From: Potamilus streckersoni
Lineage: Eukaryota
Direction: 5' to 3'
Length of the DNA stretch: 64,000 nt
NCBI GenBank assembly: GCA_016746295.1
Contig: JAEAOA010001935.1
Location: 356,430 to 420,429 of the forward strand
Shown here: piece by piece, positions 1-12,679 of the stretch
How positions within the stretch are numbered: the first letter of the stretch is position 1
Layout of the letters: every line of letters begins with the position of its first letter
The notes under the pieces: generated by a model
What the model saw: the letters and a program-made list of their open reading frames with translations, nothing else
Told to the model about the DNA's origin: nothing
Databases searched by the model: none
Translations under genes and position numbers: made by a program

Positions 1-1251
1 TGACCTACTTTTGCTATGCTGTAGTATTTCTCAATAAACGAAAGTGACCCTGAAATTTACAAAAACATTAAAGGTATACCTGGTCAATGAAGCATGAAAA
101 AAATTGGGAATGTGACCTTTGGCATGATGCAAAATGCATCATATCAAGTTGCTTAACTAAATGACCAACAGAATCTAAGAAAATGACCACAGTTATTCAA
201 AATAAGTTGCAGTGACACCCTTTAACATGATGTAATTATTAGAAAGCTATCAAAACATACCTAGTTTCATGTACAAGCAGCAGTGTCTGAGAAACTGACC
301 CAAAAAATGCCCAATAAAAATAGTCACAACAATGACAAACAAGTCAAAGTAATCTACATTCAATATTGTGGTTTATTACTCCAAAAGCAGTATGAATTGA
401 TAGAATTTTATGACCTGGTGAGCAACAATAATGGCATATCTAACCCAATCATAAAATACATACATTTGTTGATACAGATAATGATGGCAAATACTATAAT
501 GTCAGCTAAAAATCTAGTTTTTATGTCCACAAAATCATGATCTTCCCTATCTCTTACCTTTGATTTGTAGTATAACTGCAGTAGCTACATTTAAATTTGG
601 CTTCCGGCTTCTCTCTGTGATTTATGAGATAATGCTTATGTATCCCCTGGTAAGATATTGTCTGGTGACCACACACTCCACACTTGAAACCTCTACTAGT
701 CTTCTTCAAGATTTTGTATTTCAATGACACTGCAATGAATAAAAAGCTAAGTAGAAACTATAATTTAGGAAATGCTCTTCAAAACCAGTCATTGAGGACA
801 TTTCCAAGAAATTCAAATTATTTTAACACTTTATTTCCATATAGTGTTAATTTCTATTTTGCTTTAGAAATTAGTAAATATAACATATAAAATATTGTAC
901 CAGATAACAAGAAAATTGGTAACAAAACCATAAAAACAACAACTGTAGTCCATACTGATTTTATCCTTCGTCCAAGAAACACTTATCTGCAGATGGCTCT
1001 GTAGCAAGTCTGATCCACTGTAATGTGCTGTGGACTGGTTTTTATATGTTTAAGTAATGGTTGCTTGATGGAATTTGACAGAACTCCACAGATGAAAGAA
1101 TGAAATGATTTTTGTGTAAAAATTATGTTTATAGCTCTTATACAATTTTCAGACTTGAGATCTGAATTGTCATTGAATTGTCATTGATATTGCAGTCAAC
1201 CAGTCTGCATATCTGACCAACCAGTACTGCACTCCAGACATGATTTTTTTA

Positions 1252-1458
1252 AAATGTATCCTTGCCTTAAAAATTTACAGCATGTTTTCTGTTTCTAATT
1301 TTGTGGTGTTTGTTTTTAATTTTTGTAATCATTTCATTATATATGTTTTGTTTTTCATATTCTTTTTTAAGCCTTGTCAAATGTTGTTAAGCGCTTAGAG
1401 CTTTTAAAGATTAGGTGCTATATAAAGTCCTCGTTGTTATTATTATTATTATTATGAT
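1252..1458 (+). mobile_element. 3'-terminal fragment of a non-LTR (CR1/L2-like) retrotransposon family ending in an (ATT)n tail; same 3' module as 22955-23150 and (reverse) 31321-31450
   Basis: Block shared with 22955-23150 (e.g. ...gtgctat(a)ca...attattatt); reverse complement of 31380-31450 matches 1380-1440; terminal ATT microsatellite. Confidence 0.5.
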
Positions 1459-1872
1459 TAGTGTTAATTCATGTACGGTACATAAAAAACTGATTAGTGT
1501 TAATTCATGTACGGTACATAAAAAACTGATTAGTGTTAATTCATGTACGGTACATAAAAAACTGATTAGTGTTATTTCATGTACTTAGTATTAATTCAAG
1601 TAAAGTATATCAGAACTGATTAGTGTTTAATTCATGTACTGCATATCAGAACAGATTTGTGTTCATTCACGTACTGCATATCAAAACTGATTAGTGTTAA
1701 TTTACATACTGTTTATAAAAACTGAATTCATGAACTGTATATTAAAAGTGATTAGTATAATGTATATCAAAACTAATAGCTAATTCATGTACTGTATATA
1801 AAAAATGATTAGTGTTCATGTACTTTACATCAGAACTGATTCGTATTAATTTACATATCGTTTTTCAAAACT
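1445..1872. repeat. Tandem array of ~43-bp units (gattagtgttaattcatgtacggtacataaaaaact...), a diverged variant of the 35-bp satellite further right
   Basis: Visible periodic repetition; shares the core 'tagtgttaattcatgtac' with the 35-bp satellite. Confidence 0.8.
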
Positions 1873-2179
1873 ATGTGTGTGATTTAGATTTTTGATGTAG
1901 CTTTTAACAATTTTTCAGTCATATTGCTACAATATCGGCAGTGTGACAGTTTATATTGATGTATAGCACTTGGGCATCATGCCACATACATATAGCATGA
2001 TGTTCCACCCAGTCACATTATCCTGACACCAGACCAACCAGTCATAACACTATACTAGCCTTTTAATGCTGAGCGCTAAGCAAGACAGCTGTTAGTACCA
2101 TTTTTGAAAAGTCTTTGGTATGACTCGGTCGGGGTTCAAACTCACAACCTCCTGGGCGTTCTAACTGCTAGGCCACACA
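1873..2179 (-). mobile_element. tRNA-derived SINE, family A (~310 bp) inserted into the satellite; flanked by an 11-bp target-site duplication gtttttcaaaa
   Basis: Minus-strand head is tRNA-like (gtggcctagcagttagaacg...ggttgtgagtttgaaccc, B-box-like); body conserved with copies at 24632-24959, 33985-34323, 40787-41092 and 45878-46201; direct repeat gtttttcaaaa at 1862-1872 and 2181-2191. Confidence 0.75.
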
Positions 2180-2189
2180 GGAGCGGTTT

Positions 2190-2623
2190 TTCAAAAATCA
2201 TGTACTATATATCAGAACTGAACAGTGTTAATTCATGTACTGTATATCAGAATTGAAGTGTTAATTCATGTAAAGTATATCAGAACTAAATAGTGTTAAT
2301 TCATGTATTGAATAGTGTTAATTCATGTACTGTATATCAGAAATTAATAGTATTAATTCATGTACTGTATATCAGAATTGAAGTGTTAATACATGTACTG
2401 TATATCAGAACTGAAGTGTTAAGTCATGTACTGTATATCAGAAATGAATAGTGTTAATTCATGTAAAGTATATCAGAACTGAGTAGTGCTAATTCATGTA
2501 CTGTATATCAGAACTGAATAGTGTTAATTCATGTACTGTATATCAAAACTGAATAGTGCTAATTCATGTACTGTATATCAGAACTGAATAGTGTTAATTC
2601 ATGTAAAGTATATCAAAACTGAA
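2190..2623. repeat. 35-bp satellite (ctgaatagtg[c/t]taattcatgtactgtatatcagaa), left block
   Basis: Exact 35-bp periodicity, about 12 copies. Confidence 0.9.
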
Positions 2624-2625
2624 TA

Positions 2626-4430
2626 CACCACTCCCTCAATAACTCGCGGACATCTGTGTCCAAAAACATCGACCGCGATATAAGCGAGGGCGCGAGTTAT
2701 CGAGGGACCTATAACAAACAACAAAACTAACAAAGGGATTGACGTATAGGCAAAAGGGGGTGGGGTGGGGTTGGCTTGGCATGTTACAGTGTTGAATACT
2801 CAATTAATAAACATGCTAAGATCAACAGTGAATAAATATCTCTTCATATCAGTATATATTATTTTTTTCCTCAGAGTAACATTAATTTCAGGATAATTTG
2901 CAGTATATATTGATCATCAAAACATTATTTCACGTGGTTTTCATTCGCTTAGCACATGTATGTCTTCACGTTTTGACGGCAGATTTGAATCACCCATGCA
3001 TGCGTGCCCCAGTTATACCACGTGACCACGCAGTCAAATAATAGTTATTTTGGAATTATTATTCTTAAGATAGTTATTAGTAAAAACGTATTATCGCAAA
3101 TAGAAATATCGGTACATGTACGATGGCTAACTTTCGAAATTCGCAGAGCTAGTCGACTAAAAAACACAATGAGCAAATATTACTTTGATGCATTACGAAG
3201 ATTTCAAGGTGTCTAGGTGATGATTGATCATAATATACTTTGTGGGATTTCTTTGACTTGTTTGGTCGGAAATCAAAGGTATCCGCCTGGATTTCATTAA
3301 AAGAGCCACCTTCAATAGTTATCATCTACAAAGAGGTTTATTACCTGTAAAACAAACGTTTTAACCTTGGAATATAATGCCTCGGGGATAACGGTTGGTC
3401 CGGTTGCTCAATGCCAATGAATTTTATTAATCAAAACAGACGGTCCGACATATTGTTTATTTATATTAAGCAGAGATCTGGTTTCTAATTATAGCCATAG
3501 CTGTCACACCTGTTTGAAGTGGTTGGCGAGTGTGTCGATTTTTTTTATTTTTTTTTTACAGGTACCCGCTTTTACGTTTCAATATCCGGGTTTTTATATA
3601 CCGGTTTACCCGATGACAGCCCTAGATACATTACTGATATTATATACTTTAATGATGTTAATACATAAAATGTGAAAACATTTTCGATTGGTGAAGTAAA
3701 ATTAAATTTGATAAAGGTAACGAATATGAGAATGTATGCTCCTATTGGCATGCCATTGAATTTTCTTTTATTGTACTTACCTGGTTTGATTTGATGCAAA
3801 ATACATATTCAAAGTTATAACACAACAGCGGTCTCTTTTAATTGATTCTTTTATTGTAACAAACACTTCCCACGCTGTTGATCAAAACAAAGCAGGCCTG
3901 TAATTAGGTTCTCACAGAAATACTTTCGGGTTTCGATGTGACGGTTGACTGACTCTTTTCATGCTTTCTTATAAGAGAATAGGAATATTGTGATTATAGA
4001 GTAGAGACAAAATTAAAGGATTATAATGGGAATTTTACCTAGCCAGATATTTAATTAGTGTCTATTTCATTCTATGTTGCCGCATGTTAGCATTTACCAG
4101 AATTTTTCATTGAGCACTGTTTATTTACAATTTACAGTGTATTAACAACTATTTCTCTATTAAAAAAAAACAATATGTGATATCTTTTTAGAAATTGCAA
4201 ATTTCACAATATGGATTCTATCTTTATAAGCAATAATCACCATTTTTGATGATAAAAACGAGTTATATATCAAGGTTTAATTTACCAATTTACAATTTCT
4301 TATCACATTTTTCACCGTTGAACACATTATAAAATATATTTTCTTTGGAAAAAAATTGGGAGCCATGCCGGAAACCGCGTTATAAGCGGGTTCGCGAGTT
4401 ATCCGGGAGCGAGTTATCGAGGGAGTGGTG
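2626..4430. mobile_element. Non-autonomous TIR DNA transposon (Tc1/mariner-like) inserted into the 35-bp satellite; TA target-site duplication; termini CACCACTCCCTC(A/G)ATAACTCGC
   Basis: 22-bp terminal inverted repeat with one mismatch at 2626-2647 vs the reverse complement of 4409-4430; TA at 2624-2625 and 4431-4432, which rejoin to the satellite monomer (actgaaTAgtgttaa); repeated GATAACTCG motifs in both subtermini; no long ORF inside. Confidence 0.7.
2955..3620. repeat. Interspersed repeat module (~600 bp) shared with 6640-7190; carries gggtacccg palindromic motifs
   Basis: Long collinear similarity between 2960-3615 and 6640-7190 (cagatttgaat.acccatgcatgc...gccccagttat.ccac...ttcaaggtgtctaggtgat...gtcacacctgtttgaagtggttggcgag). 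Confidence 0.65.
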
Positions 4431-4432
4431 TA

Positions 4433-6050
4433 GTGTTAACCAATGTACTGTATATCAGAACTGAATAGTGCTAATTTATGTACTATATATCAGAACTGAA
4501 CAGTGTTAATTCATGTAAAGTATATCAGAATTGAAGTGTTAATTCATGTAAAGTATATCAGAACTAAATAGTGTTAATTCATGTATAATTCATGTACTGT
4601 ATATCAGAAATTAATAGTATTCATTCATGTACTGTATATCAGAATTGAAGTGTTAATACATGTACTGTATATCAGAACTGAAGTGTTAATTCATGTACTG
4701 TATATCAGAACTGAATAGTGTTAATTCATGTACTGTATATCAGAACTAAATAGTGTTAATTCATGTACTGTATATCAGAACTGAATAGTGTTAATTCATG
4801 TACTGTATATCAGAACTGAATAGTATTAGTTCATGTACTGTATATCAGAACTGAATAGTGCTAATTCATGTACTGTATATCAGAACTGAATAGTGTTAGT
4901 TCATGTACTGTATATCAGAACTGAATAGTGCTAGTTCATGTACTGTATATCAGAACTGAATAGTGCTAATTCATGTACTGTATATCAGAACTGAATAGTG
5001 CTAATTCATGTACTGTATATCAGAACTGAATAGTGCTAATTCATGTACTGTATATCGGAGCTGATTAGTGCTAATTCATGTACTGTATATCGGAGCTGAA
5101 TAGTGCTAATTCATGTACTGTATATCGGAGCTGATTAGTGCTAATTCATGTACTGTATATCGGAGCTGAATAGTGCTAATTCATGTACTGTATATCGGAG
5201 CTGAATAGTGCTAATTCATGTACTGTATATCAGAACTGAATAGTGTTAGTTCATGTACTGTATATCAGAACTGAATAGTGCTAGTTCATGTACTGTATAT
5301 CAGAACTGAATAGTGCTAATTCATGTACTGTATATCGGAGCTGAATAGTGCTAATTCATGTACTGTATATCGGAGCTGAATAGTGTTATTTCATGTACTG
5401 TATATCAGAACTGAATAGTGCTAATTCATGTACTGTATATCGGAGCTGAATAGTGCTAATTCATGTACTGTATATCGGAGCTGAATAGTGCTAATTCATG
5501 TACTGTATATCAGAACTGAATAGTGCTAATTCATGTACTGTATATCAGAACTGAATAGTGCTAATTCATGTACTGTATATCAGAACTGAATAGTGTTAGT
5601 TCATGTACTGTATATCAGAACTGAATAGTGCTAATTCATGTACTGTATATCGGAGCTGATTAGTGCTAATTCATGTACTGTATATCAGAACTGAATAGTG
5701 CTAATTCATGTACTGTATATCAGAATTGAATAGTGTTAATTCATGAACTGTATATCAGAACTGAATAGTGCTAATTCATGTACTGTATATCAGAACTAAA
5801 TAGTGTTAGTTCATGTACTGTATATCAGAACTGAATAGTGCTAATTCATGTACTGTATATCGAAGCTGAATAGTGCTAATTCATGTACTGTATATCGGAG
5901 CTGAATAGTGCTAATTCATGTACTGTATATCGGAGCTGATTAGTGCTAATTCATGTACTGTATATCGGAGCTGAATAGTGCTAATTCATGTACTGAATAT
6001 CGGAGCTGATTAGTGCTAATTCATGTACTGTATATCAAAGGTGATTAGTA
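4433..6050. repeat. 35-bp satellite, main block (~46 copies), with alternating monomer variants (cagaactgaatagtg vs cggagctgattagtg) suggesting higher-order structure
   Basis: Exact 35-bp period across 1.6 kb; two monomer classes alternate in blocks. Confidence 0.9.
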
Positions 6051-6639
6051 TTAACTCAGGCATATGATAAACAATGAATTATTTGCTACTTCATGGCAAA
6101 GAAACAAGTCTTTGACCAAACACTATAATTTATAATTGTATAGAAAAGTTCCATTGTACATTGATAATGAAACAGTCTTGTTTGTATGAAGCCCCTTCGA
6201 GATGATATTATCCTTAATTTTTTTTATATGTATAGTGATAGATTCTACTTGTGGGCACTAGGGCTGTCTAAAATCACGAAAACCCAACTTGGGTACCCGT
6301 TGCGAAATTTTTTTTATATGTATAGTGATAGATTCTACTTGTGGGCACTAGGGCTGTCTAAAATCACGAAAACCCAATCTGGGTACCCGTTGCGAAATTT
6401 AACAGGTACTCGGGTACCCGTTAGACTGTAGACCAAATAATTGTTATCTCCATTTCTTTAATATTTTGTATGTCGATATAGGCTAACTGTGTAATGCATT
6501 ACTGGGTCTAATGTGTCCACACCAATGTAGCTGTGAATGATCTGACCGAACACTATTAAATAATAAATTTATTTAGAATGACCTTTGTACAATCAGCCAC
6601 ATTAAATCCTTTAGAACATTCACCTTGTTAAAACAGACC

Positions 6640-7190
6640 ACAGCAGATTTGAATTACCCATGCATGCATGTAAAGCATGCCCCAGTTATGCCACTCAGTC
6701 ACATAAGTTTTATTATTTTGTAATTATCAGTATATGTTGACTAACTTTCAAAATTAGCAGAGCTAGACCACTAGAAAAACAAGAGTTGCTCAAAGATTAC
6801 TTTGAGGCATTACAAAGATTTCAAGGTGTCTAGGTGATAATTGTTTATAATATAAATTGTGGGATTTCATTGACAAGTGTGTTGGGAAATCAAAGGTATA
6901 CATCTGGATTACATTAAAAGAGCATGCAATGTACGGAGCATTAACGGGATAAGGGATAATGGGATACCAGTTTGTCCTTTTGCACAATGCCAATGGATTT
7001 TATTAATCCAAATAGATGCTCTGATGTATTGTTTATAGATATTAAGCAGGGATCTGGTTTCTAATTGAAGCCATAGCTGTCACACCTGTTTGAAGTGGTT
7101 GGCGAGTTCGGTGATTTTATATTATTTTTTACTGGTACCTGGGTTTTTCTATATGGTCGGGTACCCAATGACAGCCTTAGTGGGTACTGC
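6640..7190. repeat. Second copy of the ~600-bp interspersed module seen at 2955-3620
   Basis: See feature 2955-3620; upstream 6186-6431 holds a 2x 122-bp tandem duplication ending in ...gggtacccgttgcgaaatt. Confidence 0.6.
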
Positions 7191-7485
7191 CAGAATTATT
7201 ATATTATTTTACTTCAACAGTGCATTCTGATATATATTGCAATATATTCATAAATTCCTTAGAAATGCTGGGAAATTCCTTATAAATATTGGGAAATTAT
7301 TTAGTAAGTTCAAAATAATAATAAAGAGTGAACAAGAAGTTAATTTCTTAACACCTTAATTCCCTTTAAATCTCTTCAAGCTCCTGATTGAGCAGCATCC
7401 TTACAAGCATGAGTTATGTGAGACAGGTCACTATTTAATTTACATCATTTGAACTCTTGAATGCAATGTTAGTAAGCTTTTATGA

Positions 7486-7678
7486 TGAGATAATACAGTA
7501 AAACCTGTCTTGAGAGACCACTGTTATGAGAGATCACCTGCCTTGGGAGACCTGGTTCTCTATGTACAGATTTATTAATTGTATAGTGTTTAGACCTGTT
7601 ATGAGAGACCACATGTCATGAGACCATTATGTTTTGGCAAAAGAGGTGGTCTTTCAAAACAGGTTCCACTGTACTAGC
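7486..7678. mobile_element. MITE (~190 bp) with Tc1/mariner-type termini (TA|CAGTAAAACCTGTCTTGAGAGACC ... GGTCTTTCAAAACAGGTTCCACTG|TA)
   Basis: About 25-bp terminal inverted repeat; flanking TA on both sides; second copy at 25612-25785; partial copy near 38420-38470. Confidence 0.65.
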
Positions 7679-8685
7679 ATTGTTTATTTTTTATTGAAAC
7701 TGACAATTTCAGTTTGGAAACAAGTTGGAAAAACCTGAATTTCTTACAAAACAGGATTGCATACATAAATAAAATGAATATTTATTCGTCTGATTTTTGG
7801 ATTCAATAATTTATTTTCCTGGACACTCCACAAGTTGACTTTTTCATAAAATATTCTGAAAGATATTCAAGGAAATTAATTCTGGAATTATTTGGAAACA
7901 AAGACTGTGATTCAAGTGAGGAATTATTGTTATTCATATATTGGACTACATCTGACGTCATCGTTTTCCATATTTGTACATCATTTGGACTCGAACCTGG
8001 ATTCTTATAGGACTATTTAGTGATAGGACTTGTGTTTTTATTCTTAGAATCATATTTGGGTTATATTCACAGATTGTAAGTCCTTTATACAAACTTTTAT
8101 ATTGTTGTCTAGGGAAATAAATTGTTTTGTTAAAATTTACAAGGCTTGTTGGCTTTCATAGTTGAAGTCAATATTGAAGAGGTTTACTATGGTTAATTAT
8201 ACTATCATCCTACTGAAGTCAATATTGAGGAGGTTCACTATGGTTTATTATACTATCATCATATTGAAGTCAATATTATGATACATATCACCAGAGTACT
8301 AATGTGAGTAATCAATGTGTCAATGATATCAAAATCACAATAACCTGGACAACTGACCTTAAAATCAAATGGCCTATTCCCAACCTTAAATGCAAGCTTC
8401 CACAAAATTTGGTCAAGGTACTTCATCTAGAAATAAAGTTATTACGCAAAAACATTTTGCTTTCTTTAGTGAGTGACCATGACATTTTAAATGTTGACCC
8501 CAAAATCAAAATGCTTTCTATCCAAAGTACAAGTCAGCCTCAAATGTTATTGAAAGAACATAGCAAATACCTGAAATTTGTGTGCAAAAATCACTGGGCC
8601 ACCTTGAATATACTGTTTAAAAAAGTAAAAGGATTTGTTTTTAAAAATGTTAAAATATTTAATCAATAACATGAAAATTTCAAAG

Positions 8686-9312
8686 GATAAGCAGAGAATT
8701 ATCTTTCCAACAGATAGGGACTATATTTCCAGCAGAGAATTATCTTTCCAACAGATAGGGACTATATTTCCAGCAGAGAATTATCTTTCCAACAGATAGG
8801 GACTATATTTCCAGCAGAGAATTATCTTTCCAACAGATAGGGACTATATTTCCAGCAGAGAATTATCTTTCCAACAGATAGGGACTATATTTCCAGCAGA
8901 GAATTATCTTTCCAACAGATAGGGACTATATTTCCAGCAGAGAATTATCTTTCCAACAGATAGGGACTATATTTCCAGCAGAGAATTATCTTTCCAACAG
9001 ATAGGGACTATATTTCCAGCAGAGAATTATCTTTCCAACAGATAGGGACTATATTTCCAGCAGAGAATTATCTTTCCAACAGATAGGGACTATATTTCCA
9101 GCAGAGAATTATCTTTCCAACAGATAGGGACTATATTTCCAGCAGAGAATTATCTTTCCAACAGATAGGGACTATATTTCCAGCAGAGAATTATCTTTCC
9201 AACAGATAGGGACTATATTTCCAGCAGAGAATTATCTTTCCAACAGATAGGGACTATATTTCCAGCAGAGAATTATCTTTCCAACAGATAGGGACTATAT
9301 TTCCAGCAGAGA
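8686..9312. repeat. 41-bp minisatellite (cagcagagaattatctttccaacagatagggactatatttc), about 15 near-identical copies
   Basis: Exact 41-bp period; copies essentially identical. Confidence 0.9.
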
Positions 9313-9378
9313 GGTCAAACCGATGAATTCCATAATGGCATGAAATACTCTTGAAAAGCCATTTGCCTTAGGACTTAC

Positions 9379-9638
9379 CTATCTTCTCTGATTTTGATTT
9401 ATCATCTTCACTTTTCTCTTCACTCTCATCATCTGCATCTGTATTGTTATTATCATCACTTTCACAATCAATGGGGTCTTTATTTCCAGTGTCAGTATCC
9501 TTTGCCTTTGCATTAATGATATTACTGTTCCCATCCTCCTTTGTGTGGCTCTTGTTCTTCTGATGTTCTTCATTTAATTCTATAAATGCCAATTTTCTTC
9601 CACTATGTTCAATTTTACAATGTTTTATAAGTTTGTGC
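9379..9638 (-). CDS. Internal coding exon (minus strand) of the large zinc-finger/AT-hook gene: ...HKLIKHCKIEHSGRKLAFIELNEEHQKNKSHTKEDGNSNIINAKAKDTDTGNKDPIDCESDDNNNTDADDESEEKSEDDKSKSEKI
   Basis: Acceptor ttttttatag|G at 9639-9648 and donor ATAG|gtaagtcc at 9371-9378 (minus sense); open frame in between; begins with 1 nt that completes AG|G (Arg) with the 2-nt overhang of exon 16127-15950; ends in phase 1. Confidence 0.55.
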
Positions 9639-10547
9639 CTATAAAAAAATAAAACAAATATAAGTTCCTATATAAAATAAGCCATCAATGCAGAAATTTT
9701 TGGGGTTTTAGGAAATGAAAATAATTTAATGAAACGGCAAGATAAATTTTTTGCTGATCTTATCAAAATCCTGTGCAAACTGGTCTGCAATTCACTGCTG
9801 GTAATTTTGTGAAAGGCAAGGCTTTATGGGTACAACTGGTATAAGGTTATCCTTTCACAAGTTCATTTGCTATATCAGTGAAACAGTTCTGTAAATGAAA
9901 ATCTAATACCAGTCAAACTCTTAACACCTTCCAAAATATAATCCTCAATAAGTTGTCAAGACGGTAAGTTGTAGATTTCCACTGCACAGGCCGTCATCTT
10001 CTAAAAGTCAAATTTATTCATTAAGCTGACATCAGGCCTGATGTAATTCTTCAGTAAAATTTCTTTCACCTGCTGTGAAATTAATGAATTCCTGCCCAAA
10101 ATAAATAAGCTCTCATACTGTCAGGTTCGTAATTACCATTGGTAATTTGGTGAAGTATATTCAGCTCAACTGGTCACAGACCAGAAATGCTTTTGTTATG
10201 ATCTCAATTGTCCACTGGCAAAAATTGGTTATCACTTGTTATTAAGGTTTACTTTCATTTGGACAAATATTGAAAATTCATTTGTTCAACATGAAACTGA
10301 GAAGGAAAACTTTTTAAATTTTTCAATCACTTGCTAGATGGTGTGAATGCAGATTCAGGGCTGACAAGTGTTTCTCTGTAATGAAAAGAATCTTCTGTCA
10401 AGAATATTGCCCACAATGTTTGTGAAGTCCATACTTTCTGCCAAAAGTTTCTTTTCCATGTTTTGATGAAGCTCATACAAGCTTTCTGTTCTGACTCTTC
10501 TTTATTATTAAACACTTGCCGCAGACTTGTATTAGTTACATTATCAA

Positions 10548-10735
10548 TAAACATTTTACCAGAGACTTGTATTAATTAGCAATTACTTACAGTATCCATA
10601 AACATTTTACCAGAGACTTGTATTAATTAGCAATTACTTACAGTATCAATAAACATTTTACCAGACTTGTCTTAATTGGTAATTACTTATAGTATCAATA
10701 AACACTTTACCAGACTTGTCTTAATAGGTAATTAC
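10548..10735. repeat. ~57-bp tandem repeat (attttaccagagacttgtattaattagcaattacttacagtatc.ataaac), 3-4 copies
   Basis: Visible tandem periodicity. Confidence 0.8.
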
Positions 10736-11519
10736 TTTCAAACAGGTGTTAGAAGGGTCACAAAGTAAGTTCCAATCAAATCTGGTCATTAACATCATCA
10801 TTTTATATTTTTTTTGCGGAAAAGTTCATTCAAGGTATTTTTCCTGACTTACTGAGTGGATTTTTAAAGATTTTTTTTCAACCCTGCAATGGGTGGACTT
10901 CAATGGGTCTCATTCACTTCAATTTTTCTGTTGAGTCTTACAAAGAGGAACTTGTATTGGGGAAACCAAAGTTAAGTATGTTTCAAATCCAACTCCTTCT
11001 AAGTCCTAATAATACAAGAATAATACAAGAAACATCCTATATAAAGATATGAATGTAAAGTTGATTTACAAGGAATATTACTTTGTCCATGTCAAAGTCT
11101 CATGCACACAGGTTTTTTAAACAATGTTCACCTAAAATTGCATCAGAATATATTGCATGGTGTTTATGCCAAGTTGATTACAAGCAACACCTCTTGCAAA
11201 GATATTATGTTGATTAAAGAGGAATATGCTTTGGTCCAAATTGGTGTCAATAACACAAACCCAAAAAAGCATACTCTTAAGTTTATGAGACAATGTTCTC
11301 GCAAAATCCAATCAGAAATGGTCCTATAGCTATGCCAACATTCCAAGTTTATATGTGAAGACAACAACATGCTCAATAAGGGGCATAACTCTGTCAAAAA
11401 TGGAGTAGACAAAACTTGACATTAGCAGTTTATACAACAGTGTTCATACCAAATTACATCACCTTGGTTTGAATGGTACTTGAGCAATGCTGGTTACAAG
11501 AAACATCTTCTGTTAAGAT

Positions 11520-11800
11520 ATTAAGTTAAACAAGGCCTATAACTCAATCCAAAACAGAGCTGGTGAGATGAAACCAAAAATAAGGCATATGTAGGTTTAC
11601 TAGATAGTGTTCATACTGAACTGCATTAGAATCTGTTGAATGCATTTTTGAGCTCTGAAGATCGCTCGCTGTGAGGAAGTGATGACCTCTCTGGATAATA
11701 TAGTTAAGACAATCCAAATGTGATTGGAGCCCATCAAAATAACTGAGGCATTCCTGAGAAATGGAGATGATTCGGACCTTTCTTTCTCCATGCAGAGTAA
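11520..11800. repeat. Interspersed repeat (~280 bp) also present inside the MITE at 13855-14110
   Basis: Near-identical block caaggcctataactcaatccaaaacag...gaaatggagatgattc(g/t)gacctttct at both loci. Confidence 0.6.
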
Positions 11801-12679
11801 GCCACACAAAACCTTAAAGCCCTAACTGGGCAAAGGAGTATCTTGATTACTCTAGGTATAACTGAGCCAGGGGACCTACCTTGATAGAGTGTATGACTTT
11901 TTAGCCCTTTAATATGCATGTAGCAAAGTTACCCAGTGCAGTTCTCTACACATTGGACTATTAAACAGTGAAGTGTATGTTCCTACATCAGTATTAAAAG
12001 CCTTTAGCTAAGTTATTGAAGCTTTCATAGTTGTGATTCTAATCATGAAAACTGAAGCAAGTACTGAACGATATAAGCAACCACCATTTTGGAGAGACAC
12101 AGTTTCGACCTATGTACTTTAAATAGCCGATTTTGACCAGAGCATAAACAGTGACCATGTGATCTGAAGTAAAGGTCATTCACACCAATGACTGTAGTAT
12201 CTAATAGGGGGTTTTCCCTGAAGGTGGTGCTACGAAAACCTGCTCTAAATGGCTGCTGTTTACCAGAGGTGCAAAAAAGGCACTTGTATTCTAATTAGGT
12301 AGAAGTGACAATAAGCGCCTGTATACGAATGCAGTAGAGGTGCCAAAAGGTGCTTATATGAGGTAAAAGGTTAAGAGGCTAATGCAAGAAAACTTTAATG
12401 TACATAAAAGTGAATGTTTTGTTGATTACATCTGCTGATCTGATGTTAGAACTAGCAACCCCAGTTAGTTCCTATTCCGTACAGGTAAACTGGGTGAAAA
12501 TCAGCTTTTTCTTATACTGTGTGTGCTAAATTTGCATTAAAATCAATATTGATAACAACATTTTTATGAATTAAACTTTATTTAAAAGACCTTTGAATTA
12601 TCTACAAATGCATATAAAATTCATTAATATATACATTTTGTTATTTAACCATATGGTCATGTAATCATCAATCAGTTAT

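Noticed and set aside
2100-2180. tRNA gene (cloverleaf-like, B-box-like ggttcaaac/gagtttgaaccc); similar signals at 24860-24950, 34230-34320 and 45270-45345
   Set aside because: Each is the head of a SINE copy with a unique body, tail and target-site duplication. They are diverged from canonical tRNA and lack CCA and intact stems. I do not call them tRNA genes.
4433-6050. Possible CRISPR array (regular short direct repeats)
   Set aside because: The units are contiguous 35-bp monomers with no unique spacers. The context is eukaryotic, with introns, SINEs and LINEs, and there are no cas genes. It is a satellite.
6186-6431. 81-aa ORF
   Set aside because: It spans a 2x 122-bp tandem duplication, and the peptide is an exact internal repeat.
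8304-8669. 121-aa plus-strand ORF
   Set aside because: It is AT-rich and Lys/Ile/Asn-dominated with no flanking splice signals. It lies antisense within an intron of the minus-strand gene and is most likely a chance ORF.
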